A stretch of 64,000 nucleotides of DNA from Selaginella moellendorffii (Eukaryota; Plantae; Lycopodiophyta): NCBI RefSeq assembly GCF_000143415.4, contig NW_003314392.1, forward strand, positions 96,390 to 160,389, given 5' to 3'. The translations under genes and the position numbers were made by a program. The notes beneath the pieces are model-generated. The model did not search any database and was not told where the DNA came from. It saw only the letters and a list, made by a program, of their open reading frames with translations. This document shows positions 12,367-23,427 of the stretch, piece after piece. Within the stretch, counting starts at the first letter, position 1, and each line of letters starts with the position of its first letter.

Positions 12367-13515
12367 GTTACATATTTCGTGTCGGTTAAATTTATTGGGT
12401 TTGTGGGGGAGGGGGTTTAACTAGCAAAGGGCGATTATGGGGAGCGCTTAGTGCGATTAAGTGGGGCTTAAGTTGGGGCAATCGCGGCCGTCGGTGCGGT
12501 GGGGTGGTTGACCGGCGGCGATGAGTTTGACCGGCGGTCCCCGTGACACGTGGCTAGGGCTAGGGTCTGGATATGGGTTTTGCGCGAGTGGGCAAGATCC
12601 ATGGCTCGGTTTGCGGTGGGACTTGAACCGTTGGAAAGCTTGCGTGAGTCCACCCGTTTCCACAGAAACGGATCTGGATTTCGTCGCTCCACCGGCCCGC
12701 ACCATTGCGATGGGTTTGACGCTGGGTTTTCGAGCGAGTGGGCAACATCCATGGCTCGGTTTGCGGTGGGACTTGAACCGTTGGAAAGCTTGCGTGAGTC
12801 CACCCGTTTCCACAGAAACGGATCCCGATTTCGTTGCTCCACCGTCCCACACCATTGCAATGGGTTTTGTGCTGTTCCCGTTGCCATATCTCGTGGACCG
12901 TGGGCCCCCTTTCGCCCTTGGGCACATGGGAGCAACTGGGGCGGTGCGCGCAACTGGCCCATGTGGCCAAGTACATTTTTCCATGTCCTGGGCGCCTGCT
13001 TTTGTGGTTTTTCCCACGGAAGAAGATGCGTCCCACGTGGCGATCCGTGTGCCCGCCCGCACTCCGGCACCAACGGGGCCGGCCGGCGTGACGCCCCGGT
13101 CGCGGCCGTGCCAACGGATCGCGGGCCCCATGCGTGGGCTGCCGCCGGGAGTGCATCTCACTCTCGAGGAAAACACCGCACTGGCGCTCGGGCCTGCACT
13201 GGAACGCGACCCCAGGAGCGCCGTGGCGAAGCCCGCGTCGAGGGCATCGATCCGAATTGGCTGGGCCCCCCATGCCATGCTGGCACCGTGCGTGCCTTGT
13301 CGAAAACGGCACACCCTTGCGACCGCTGGGCGAAAGGGGCAAACCCCGAGAGGTCCTTGCACCTCCTGTCACTGGGGAGGGTGCCCCCCACGAACACGAA
13401 CCCAACGGCGCCAGTCCCACGCGAAACGCACGCACGGTTCGCGAGAAAACGGCCCCCAACGCCCGCATTCTCCATTATTCCGAGAGAATATTCCCTCCAC
13501 TACTTAAATTGTGCC

Positions 13516-13615
13516 AAAAAGAGGTGGCTCCGGGTGGGTCTCGACCCAGGGACCTATTTGAGTGGACTTGTTTTTAGATTGGGGGTCTCTGCCACTAGGC
13601 CTCTACCACCTCTCC
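13516..13615 (-). ncRNA. Candidate Pol III small RNA gene, copy 11
   Basis: Same sequence as copy 1. Confidence 0.75.
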
Positions 13616-14764
13616 GTTACATATTTCGTGTCGGTTAAATTTATTGGGTTTGTGGGGGAGGGGGTTTAACTAGCAAAGGGCGATTATGGGGAGCGCTTAG
13701 TGCGATTAAGTGGGGCTTAAGTTGGGGCAATCGCGGCCGTCGGTGCGGTGGGGTGGTTGACCGGCGGCGATGAGTTTGACCGGCGGTCCCCGTGACACGT
13801 GGCTAGGGCTAGGGTCTGGATATGGGTTTTGCGCGAGTGGGCAAGATCCATGGCTCGGTTTGCGGTGGGACTTGAACCGTTGGAAAGCTTGCGTGAGTCC
13901 ACCCGTTTCCACAGAAACGGATCTGGATTTCGTCGCTCCACCGGCCCGCACCATTGCGATGGGTTTGACGCTGGGTTTTCGAGCGAGTGGGCAACATCCA
14001 TGGCTCGGTTTGCGGTGGGACTTGAACCGTTGGAAAGCTTGCGTGAGTCCACCCGTTTCCACAGAAACGGATCCCGATTTCGTTGCTCCACCGTCCCACA
14101 CCATTGCAATGGGTTTTGTGCTGTTCCCGTTGCCATATCTCGTGGACCGTGGGCCCCCTTTCGCCCTTGGGCACATGGGAGCAACTGGGGCGGTGCGCGC
14201 AACTGGCCCATGTGGCCAAGTACATTTTTCCATGTCCTGGGCGCCTGCTTTTGTGGTTTTTCCCACGGAAGAAGATGCGTCCCACGTGGCGATCCGTGTG
14301 CCCGCCCGCACTCCGGCACCAACGGGGCCGGCCGGCGTGACGCCCCGGTCGCGGCCGTGCCAACGGATCGCGGGCCCCATGCGTGGGCTGCCGCCGGGAG
14401 TGCATCTCACTCTCGAGGAAAACACCGCACTGGCGCTCGGGCCTGCACTGGAACGCGACCCCAGGAGCGCCGTGGCGAAGCCCGCGTCGAGGGCATCGAT
14501 CCGAATTGGCTGGGCCCCCCATGCCATGCTGGCACCGTGCGTGCCTTGTCGAAAACGGCACACCCTTGCGACCGCTGGGCGAAAGGGGCAAACCCCGAGA
14601 GGTCCTTGCACCTCCTGTCACTGGGGAGGGTGCCCCCCACGAACACGAACCCAACGGCGCCAGTCCCACGCGAAACGCACGCACGGTTCGCGAGAAAACG
14701 GCCCCCAACGCCCGCATTCTCCATTATTCCGAGAGAATATTCCCTCCACTACTTAAATTGTGCC

Positions 14765-14864
14765 AAAAAGAGGTGGCTCCGGGTGGGTCTCGACCCAGGG
14801 ACCTATTTGAGTGGACTTGTTTTTAGATTGGGGGTCTCTGCCACTAGGCCTCTACCACCTCTCC
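14765..14864 (-). ncRNA. Candidate Pol III small RNA gene, copy 12
   Basis: Same sequence as copy 1. Confidence 0.75.
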
Positions 14865-16013
14865 GTTACATATTTCGTGTCGGTTAAATTTATTGGGTTT
14901 GTGGGGGAGGGGGTTTAACTAGCAAAGGGCGATTATGGGGAGCGCTTAGTGCGATTAAGTGGGGCTTAAGTTGGGGCAATCGCGGCCGTCGGTGCGGTGG
15001 GGTGGTTGACCGGCGGCGATGAGTTTGACCGGCGGTCCCCGTGACACGTGGCTAGGGCTAGGGTCTGGATATGGGTTTTGCGCGAGTGGGCAAGATCCAT
15101 GGCTCGGTTTGCGGTGGGACTTGAACCGTTGGAAAGCTTGCGTGAGTCCACCCGTTTCCACAGAAACGGATCTGGATTTCGTCGCTCCACCGGCCCGCAC
15201 CATTGCGATGGGTTTGACGCTGGGTTTTCGAGCGAGTGGGCAACATCCATGGCTCGGTTTGCGGTGGGACTTGAACCGTTGGAAAGCTTGCGTGAGTCCA
15301 CCCGTTTCCACAGAAACGGATCCCGATTTCGTTGCTCCACCGTCCCACACCATTGCAATGGGTTTTGTGCTGTTCCCGTTGCCATATCTCGTGGACCGTG
15401 GGCCCCCTTTCGCCCTTGGGCACATGGGAGCAACTGGGGCGGTGCGCGCAACTGGCCCATGTGGCCAAGTACATTTTTCCATGTCCTGGGCGCCTGCTTT
15501 TGTGGTTTTTCCCACGGAAGAAGATGCGTCCCACGTGGCGATCCGTGTGCCCGCCCGCACTCCGGCACCAACGGGGCCGGCCGGCGTGACGCCCCGGTCG
15601 CGGCCGTGCCAACGGATCGCGGGCCCCATGCGTGGGCTGCCGCCGGGAGTGCATCTCACTCTCGAGGAAAACACCGCACTGGCGCTCGGGCCTGCACTGG
15701 AACGCGACCCCAGGAGCGCCGTGGCGAAGCCCGCGTCGAGGGCATCGATCCGAATTGGCTGGGCCCCCCATGCCATGCTGGCACCGTGCGTGCCTTGTCG
15801 AAAACGGCACACCCTTGCGACCGCTGGGCGAAAGGGGCAAACCCCGAGAGGTCCTTGCACCTCCTGTCACTGGGGAGGGTGCCCCCCACGAACACGAACC
15901 CAACGGCGCCAGTCCCACGCGAAACGCACGCACGGTTCGCGAGAAAACGGCCCCCAACGCCCGCATTCTCCATTATTCCGAGAGAATATTCCCTCCACTA
16001 CTTAAATTGTGCC

Positions 16014-16113
16014 AAAAAGAGGTGGCTCCGGGTGGGTCTCGACCCAGGGACCTATTTGAGTGGACTTGTTTTTAGATTGGGGGTCTCTGCCACTAGGCCT
16101 CTACCACCTCTCC
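16014..16113 (-). ncRNA. Candidate Pol III small RNA gene, copy 13
   Basis: Same sequence as copy 1. Confidence 0.75.
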
Positions 16114-17262
16114 GTTACATATTTCGTGTCGGTTAAATTTATTGGGTTTGTGGGGGAGGGGGTTTAACTAGCAAAGGGCGATTATGGGGAGCGCTTAGTG
16201 CGATTAAGTGGGGCTTAAGTTGGGGCAATCGCGGCCGTCGGTGCGGTGGGGTGGTTGACCGGCGGCGATGAGTTTGACCGGCGGTCCCCGTGACACGTGG
16301 CTAGGGCTAGGGTCTGGATATGGGTTTTGCGCGAGTGGGCAAGATCCATGGCTCGGTTTGCGGTGGGACTTGAACCGTTGGAAAGCTTGCGTGAGTCCAC
16401 CCGTTTCCACAGAAACGGATCTGGATTTCGTCGCTCCACCGGCCCGCACCATTGCGATGGGTTTGACGCTGGGTTTTCGAGCGAGTGGGCAACATCCATG
16501 GCTCGGTTTGCGGTGGGACTTGAACCGTTGGAAAGCTTGCGTGAGTCCACCCGTTTCCACAGAAACGGATCCCGATTTCGTTGCTCCACCGTCCCACACC
16601 ATTGCAATGGGTTTTGTGCTGTTCCCGTTGCCATATCTCGTGGACCGTGGGCCCCCTTTCGCCCTTGGGCACATGGGAGCAACTGGGGCGGTGCGCGCAA
16701 CTGGCCCATGTGGCCAAGTACATTTTTCCATGTCCTGGGCGCCTGCTTTTGTGGTTTTTCCCACGGAAGAAGATGCGTCCCACGTGGCGATCCGTGTGCC
16801 CGCCCGCACTCCGGCACCAACGGGGCCGGCCGGCGTGACGCCCCGGTCGCGGCCGTGCCAACGGATCGCGGGCCCCATGCGTGGGCTGCCGCCGGGAGTG
16901 CATCTCACTCTCGAGGAAAACACCGCACTGGCGCTCGGGCCTGCACTGGAACGCGACCCCAGGAGCGCCGTGGCGAAGCCCGCGTCGAGGGCATCGATCC
17001 GAATTGGCTGGGCCCCCCATGCCATGCTGGCACCGTGCGTGCCTTGTCGAAAACGGCACACCCTTGCGACCGCTGGGCGAAAGGGGCAAACCCCGAGAGG
17101 TCCTTGCACCTCCTGTCACTGGGGAGGGTGCCCCCCACGAACACGAACCCAACGGCGCCAGTCCCACGCGAAACGCACGCACGGTTCGCGAGAAAACGGC
17201 CCCCAACGCCCGCATTCTCCATTATTCCGAGAGAATATTCCCTCCACTACTTAAATTGTGCC

Positions 17263-17362
17263 AAAAAGAGGTGGCTCCGGGTGGGTCTCGACCCAGGGAC
17301 CTATTTGAGTGGACTTGTTTTTAGATTGGGGGTCTCTGCCACTAGGCCTCTACCACCTCTCC
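17263..17362 (-). ncRNA. Candidate Pol III small RNA gene, copy 14
   Basis: Same sequence as copy 1. Confidence 0.75.
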
Positions 17363-18511
17363 GTTACATATTTCGTGTCGGTTAAATTTATTGGGTTTGT
17401 GGGGGAGGGGGTTTAACTAGCAAAGGGCGATTATGGGGAGCGCTTAGTGCGATTAAGTGGGGCTTAAGTTGGGGCAATCGCGGCCGTCGGTGCGGTGGGG
17501 TGGTTGACCGGCGGCGATGAGTTTGACCGGCGGTCCCCGTGACACGTGGCTAGGGCTAGGGTCTGGATATGGGTTTTGCGCGAGTGGGCAAGATCCATGG
17601 CTCGGTTTGCGGTGGGACTTGAACCGTTGGAAAGCTTGCGTGAGTCCACCCGTTTCCACAGAAACGGATCTGGATTTCGTCGCTCCACCGGCCCGCACCA
17701 TTGCGATGGGTTTGACGCTGGGTTTTCGAGCGAGTGGGCAACATCCATGGCTCGGTTTGCGGTGGGACTTGAACCGTTGGAAAGCTTGCGTGAGTCCACC
17801 CGTTTCCACAGAAACGGATCCCGATTTCGTTGCTCCACCGTCCCACACCATTGCAATGGGTTTTGTGCTGTTCCCGTTGCCATATCTCGTGGACCGTGGG
17901 CCCCCTTTCGCCCTTGGGCACATGGGAGCAACTGGGGCGGTGCGCGCAACTGGCCCATGTGGCCAAGTACATTTTTCCATGTCCTGGGCGCCTGCTTTTG
18001 TGGTTTTTCCCACGGAAGAAGATGCGTCCCACGTGGCGATCCGTGTGCCCGCCCGCACTCCGGCACCAACGGGGCCGGCCGGCGTGACGCCCCGGTCGCG
18101 GCCGTGCCAACGGATCGCGGGCCCCATGCGTGGGCTGCCGCCGGGAGTGCATCTCACTCTCGAGGAAAACACCGCACTGGCGCTCGGGCCTGCACTGGAA
18201 CGCGACCCCAGGAGCGCCGTGGCGAAGCCCGCGTCGAGGGCATCGATCCGAATTGGCTGGGCCCCCCATGCCATGCTGGCACCGTGCGTGCCTTGTCGAA
18301 AACGGCACACCCTTGCGACCGCTGGGCGAAAGGGGCAAACCCCGAGAGGTCCTTGCACCTCCTGTCACTGGGGAGGGTGCCCCCCACGAACACGAACCCA
18401 ACGGCGCCAGTCCCACGCGAAACGCACGCACGGTTCGCGAGAAAACGGCCCCCAACGCCCGCATTCTCCATTATTCCGAGAGAATATTCCCTCCACTACT
18501 TAAATTGTGCC

Positions 18512-18611
18512 AAAAAGAGGTGGCTCCGGGTGGGTCTCGACCCAGGGACCTATTTGAGTGGACTTGTTTTTAGATTGGGGGTCTCTGCCACTAGGCCTCT
18601 ACCACCTCTCC
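18512..18611 (-). ncRNA. Candidate Pol III small RNA gene, copy 15
   Basis: Same sequence as copy 1. Confidence 0.75.
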
Positions 18612-19760
18612 GTTACATATTTCGTGTCGGTTAAATTTATTGGGTTTGTGGGGGAGGGGGTTTAACTAGCAAAGGGCGATTATGGGGAGCGCTTAGTGCG
18701 ATTAAGTGGGGCTTAAGTTGGGGCAATCGCGGCCGTCGGTGCGGTGGGGTGGTTGACCGGCGGCGATGAGTTTGACCGGCGGTCCCCGTGACACGTGGCT
18801 AGGGCTAGGGTCTGGATATGGGTTTTGCGCGAGTGGGCAAGATCCATGGCTCGGTTTGCGGTGGGACTTGAACCGTTGGAAAGCTTGCGTGAGTCCACCC
18901 GTTTCCACAGAAACGGATCTGGATTTCGTCGCTCCACCGGCCCGCACCATTGCGATGGGTTTGACGCTGGGTTTTCGAGCGAGTGGGCAACATCCATGGC
19001 TCGGTTTGCGGTGGGACTTGAACCGTTGGAAAGCTTGCGTGAGTCCACCCGTTTCCACAGAAACGGATCCCGATTTCGTTGCTCCACCGTCCCACACCAT
19101 TGCAATGGGTTTTGTGCTGTTCCCGTTGCCATATCTCGTGGACCGTGGGCCCCCTTTCGCCCTTGGGCACATGGGAGCAACTGGGGCGGTGCGCGCAACT
19201 GGCCCATGTGGCCAAGTACATTTTTCCATGTCCTGGGCGCCTGCTTTTGTGGTTTTTCCCACGGAAGAAGATGCGTCCCACGTGGCGATCCGTGTGCCCG
19301 CCCGCACTCCGGCACCAACGGGGCCGGCCGGCGTGACGCCCCGGTCGCGGCCGTGCCAACGGATCGCGGGCCCCATGCGTGGGCTGCCGCCGGGAGTGCA
19401 TCTCACTCTCGAGGAAAACACCGCACTGGCGCTCGGGCCTGCACTGGAACGCGACCCCAGGAGCGCCGTGGCGAAGCCCGCGTCGAGGGCATCGATCCGA
19501 ATTGGCTGGGCCCCCCATGCCATGCTGGCACCGTGCGTGCCTTGTCGAAAACGGCACACCCTTGCGACCGCTGGGCGAAAGGGGCAAACCCCGAGAGGTC
19601 CTTGCACCTCCTGTCACTGGGGAGGGTGCCCCCCACGAACACGAACCCAACGGCGCCAGTCCCACGCGAAACGCACGCACGGTTCGCGAGAAAACGGCCC
19701 CCAACGCCCGCATTCTCCATTATTCCGAGAGAATATTCCCTCCACTACTTAAATTGTGCC

Positions 19761-19860
19761 AAAAAGAGGTGGCTCCGGGTGGGTCTCGACCCAGGGACCT
19801 ATTTGAGTGGACTTGTTTTTAGATTGGGGGTCTCTGCCACTAGGCCTCTACCACCTCTCC
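19761..19860 (-). ncRNA. Candidate Pol III small RNA gene, copy 16
   Basis: Same sequence as copy 1. Confidence 0.75.
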
Positions 19861-21009
19861 GTTACATATTTCGTGTCGGTTAAATTTATTGGGTTTGTGG
19901 GGGAGGGGGTTTAACTAGCAAAGGGCGATTATGGGGAGCGCTTAGTGCGATTAAGTGGGGCTTAAGTTGGGGCAATCGCGGCCGTCGGTGCGGTGGGGTG
20001 GTTGACCGGCGGCGATGAGTTTGACCGGCGGTCCCCGTGACACGTGGCTAGGGCTAGGGTCTGGATATGGGTTTTGCGCGAGTGGGCAAGATCCATGGCT
20101 CGGTTTGCGGTGGGACTTGAACCGTTGGAAAGCTTGCGTGAGTCCACCCGTTTCCACAGAAACGGATCTGGATTTCGTCGCTCCACCGGCCCGCACCATT
20201 GCGATGGGTTTGACGCTGGGTTTTCGAGCGAGTGGGCAACATCCATGGCTCGGTTTGCGGTGGGACTTGAACCGTTGGAAAGCTTGCGTGAGTCCACCCG
20301 TTTCCACAGAAACGGATCCCGATTTCGTTGCTCCACCGTCCCACACCATTGCAATGGGTTTTGTGCTGTTCCCGTTGCCATATCTCGTGGACCGTGGGCC
20401 CCCTTTCGCCCTTGGGCACATGGGAGCAACTGGGGCGGTGCGCGCAACTGGCCCATGTGGCCAAGTACATTTTTCCATGTCCTGGGCGCCTGCTTTTGTG
20501 GTTTTTCCCACGGAAGAAGATGCGTCCCACGTGGCGATCCGTGTGCCCGCCCGCACTCCGGCACCAACGGGGCCGGCCGGCGTGACGCCCCGGTCGCGGC
20601 CGTGCCAACGGATCGCGGGCCCCATGCGTGGGCTGCCGCCGGGAGTGCATCTCACTCTCGAGGAAAACACCGCACTGGCGCTCGGGCCTGCACTGGAACG
20701 CGACCCCAGGAGCGCCGTGGCGAAGCCCGCGTCGAGGGCATCGATCCGAATTGGCTGGGCCCCCCATGCCATGCTGGCACCGTGCGTGCCTTGTCGAAAA
20801 CGGCACACCCTTGCGACCGCTGGGCGAAAGGGGCAAACCCCGAGAGGTCCTTGCACCTCCTGTCACTGGGGAGGGTGCCCCCCACGAACACGAACCCAAC
20901 GGCGCCAGTCCCACGCGAAACGCACGCACGGTTCGCGAGAAAACGGCCCCCAACGCCCGCATTCTCCATTATTCCGAGAGAATATTCCCTCCACTACTTA
21001 AATTGTGCC

Positions 21010-21109
21010 AAAAAGAGGTGGCTCCGGGTGGGTCTCGACCCAGGGACCTATTTGAGTGGACTTGTTTTTAGATTGGGGGTCTCTGCCACTAGGCCTCTAC
21101 CACCTCTCC
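21010..21109 (-). ncRNA. Candidate Pol III small RNA gene, copy 17
   Basis: Same sequence as copy 1. Confidence 0.75.
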
Positions 21110-22108
21110 GTTACATATTTCGTGTCGGTTAAATTTATTGGGTTTGTGGGGGAGGGGGTTTAACTAGCAAAGGGCGATTATGGGGAGCGCTTAGTGCGAT
21201 TAAGTGGGGCTTAAGTTGGGGCAATCGCGGCCGTCGGTGCGGTGGGGTGGTTGACCGGCGGCGATGAGTTTGACCGGCGGTCCCCGTGACACGTGGCTAG
21301 GGCTAGGGTCTGGATATGGGTTTTGCGCGAGTGGGCAAGATCCATGGCTCGGTTTGCGGTGGGACTTGAACCGTTGGAAAGCTTGCGTGAGTCCACCCGT
21401 TTCCACAGAAACGGATCCCGATTTCGTTGCTCCACCGTCCCACACCATTGCAATGGGTTTTGTGCTGTTCCCGTTGCCATATCTCGTGGACCGTGGGCCC
21501 CCTTTCGCCCTTGGGCACATGGGAGCAACTGGGGCGGTGCGCGCAACTGGCCCATGTGGCCAAGTACATTTTTCCATGTCCTGGGCGCCTGCTTTTGTGG
21601 TTTTTCCCACGGAAGAAGATGCGTCCCACGTGGCGATCCGTGTGCCCGCCCGCACTCCGGCACCAACGGGGCCGGCCGGCGTGACGCCCCGGTCGCGGCC
21701 GTGCCAACGGATCGCGGGCCCCATGCGTGGGCTGCCGCCGGGAGTGCATCTCACTCTCGAGGAAAACACCGCACTGGCGCTCGGGCCTGCACTGGAACGC
21801 GACCCCAGGAGCGCCGTGGCGAAGCCCGCGTCGAGGGCATCGATCCGAATTGGCTGGGCCCCCCATGCCATGCTGGCACCGTGCGTGCCTTGTCGAAAAC
21901 GGCACACCCTTGCGACCGCTGGGCGAAAGGGGCAAACCCCGAGAGGTCCTTGCACCTCCTGTCACTGGGGAGGGTGCCCCCCACGAACACGAACCCAACG
22001 GCGCCAGTCCCACGCGAAACGCACGCACGGTTCGCGAGAAAACGGCCCCCAACGCCCGCATTCTCCATTATTCCGAGAGAATATTCCCTCCACTACTTAA
22101 ATTGTGCC

Positions 22109-22208
22109 AAAAAGAGGTGGCTCCGGGTGGGTCTCGACCCAGGGACCTATTTGAGTGGACTTGTTTTTAGATTGGGGGTCTCTGCCACTAGGCCTCTACC
22201 ACCTCTCC
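22109..22208 (-). ncRNA. Candidate Pol III small RNA gene, copy 18
   Basis: Same sequence as copy 1. Confidence 0.75.
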
Positions 22209-23427
22209 GTTACATATTTCGTGTCGGTTAAATTTATTGGGTTTGTGGGGGAGGGGGTTTAACTAGCAAAGGGCGATTATGGGGAGCGCTTAGTGCGATT
22301 AAGTGGGGCTTAAGTTGGGGCAATCGCGGCCGTCGGTGCGGTGGGGTGGTTGACCGGCGGCGATGAGTTTGACCGGCGGTCCCCGTGACACGTGGCTAGG
22401 GCTAGGGTCTGGATATGGGTTTTGCGCGAGTGGGCAAGATCCATGGCTCGGTTTGCGGTGGGACTTGAACCGTTGGAAAGCTTGCGTGAGTCCACCCGTT
22501 TCCACAGAAACGGATCTGGATTTCGTCGCTCCACCGGCCCGCACCATTGCGATGGGTTTGACGCTGGGTTTTCGAGCGAGTGGGCAACATCCATGGCTCG
22601 GTTTGCGGTGGGACTTGAACCGTTGGAAAGCTTGCGTGAGTCCACCCGTTTCCACAGAAACGGATCCCGATTTCGTTGCTCCACCGTCCCACACCATTGC
22701 AATGGGTTTTGTGCTGTTCCCGTTGCCATATCTCGTGGACCGTGGGCCCCCTTTCGCCCTTGGGCACATGGGAGCAACTGGGGCGGTGCGCGCAACTGGC
22801 CCATGTGGCCAAGTACATTTTTCCATGTCCTGGGCGCCTGCTTTTGTGGTTTTTCCCACGGAAGAAGATGCGTCCCACGTGGCGATCCGTGTGCCCGCCC
22901 GCACTCCGGCACCAACGGGGCCGGCCGGCGTGACGCCCCGGTCGCGGCCGTGCCAACGGATCGCGGGCCCCATGCGTGGGCTGCCGCCGGGAGTGCATCT
23001 CACTCTCGAGGAAAACACCGCACTGGCGCTCGGGCCTGCACTGGAACGCGACCCCAGGAGCGCCGTGGCGAAGCCCGCGTCGAGGGCATCGATCCGAATT
23101 GGCTGGGCCCCCCATGCCATGCTGGCACCATGCGTGCCTTGTCGAAAACGGCACACCCTTGCGACCGCTGGGCGAAAGGGGCAAACCCCGAGAGGTCCTT
23201 GCAAATGAAAAAAAAAAAAATGATTGGCGTGTTAGGGCGTGGAGGAGCACAGCGTCCAGCACCATGGCTGCCATAATCGGAGGCGCGGCCAGAGGAGGGA
23301 GAGCGCAAAGGGGAGAGCACCCAATCTCCCCGCACTTGCTACCGACGGCGGGGGCATCCGCCGCGAGATTCAGGGAAGAATCACTGCAGAATCTCTCTGT
23401 TTTTTCTTTTACACTGCTGTGCCCAGG

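Larger units (their letters stand above)
1..23203. repeat. Tandem array of a 1249-bp unit (~18.7 units visible; open at window start and across an assembly gap)
   Basis: Identical ORF sets recur at 1249-bp spacing (e.g. ORF ends 7393, 8642, 9891 ... 21132). One unit is 1099 bp. The array stops at ...gtccttgca (23203), where LINE sequence begins. Confidence 0.99.

Noticed and set aside
1-23203. CRISPR array
   Set aside because: Units are kb-scale and identical, with no unique spacers and no cas genes; the context is eukaryotic.
47-23276. 300-360 aa ORFs repeated in every array unit
   Set aside because: They overlap in nearly all six frames, are R/P/G/A/C-rich with no recognisable domain, and change frame with 1-bp indels; expected from stop-poor GC-rich DNA.
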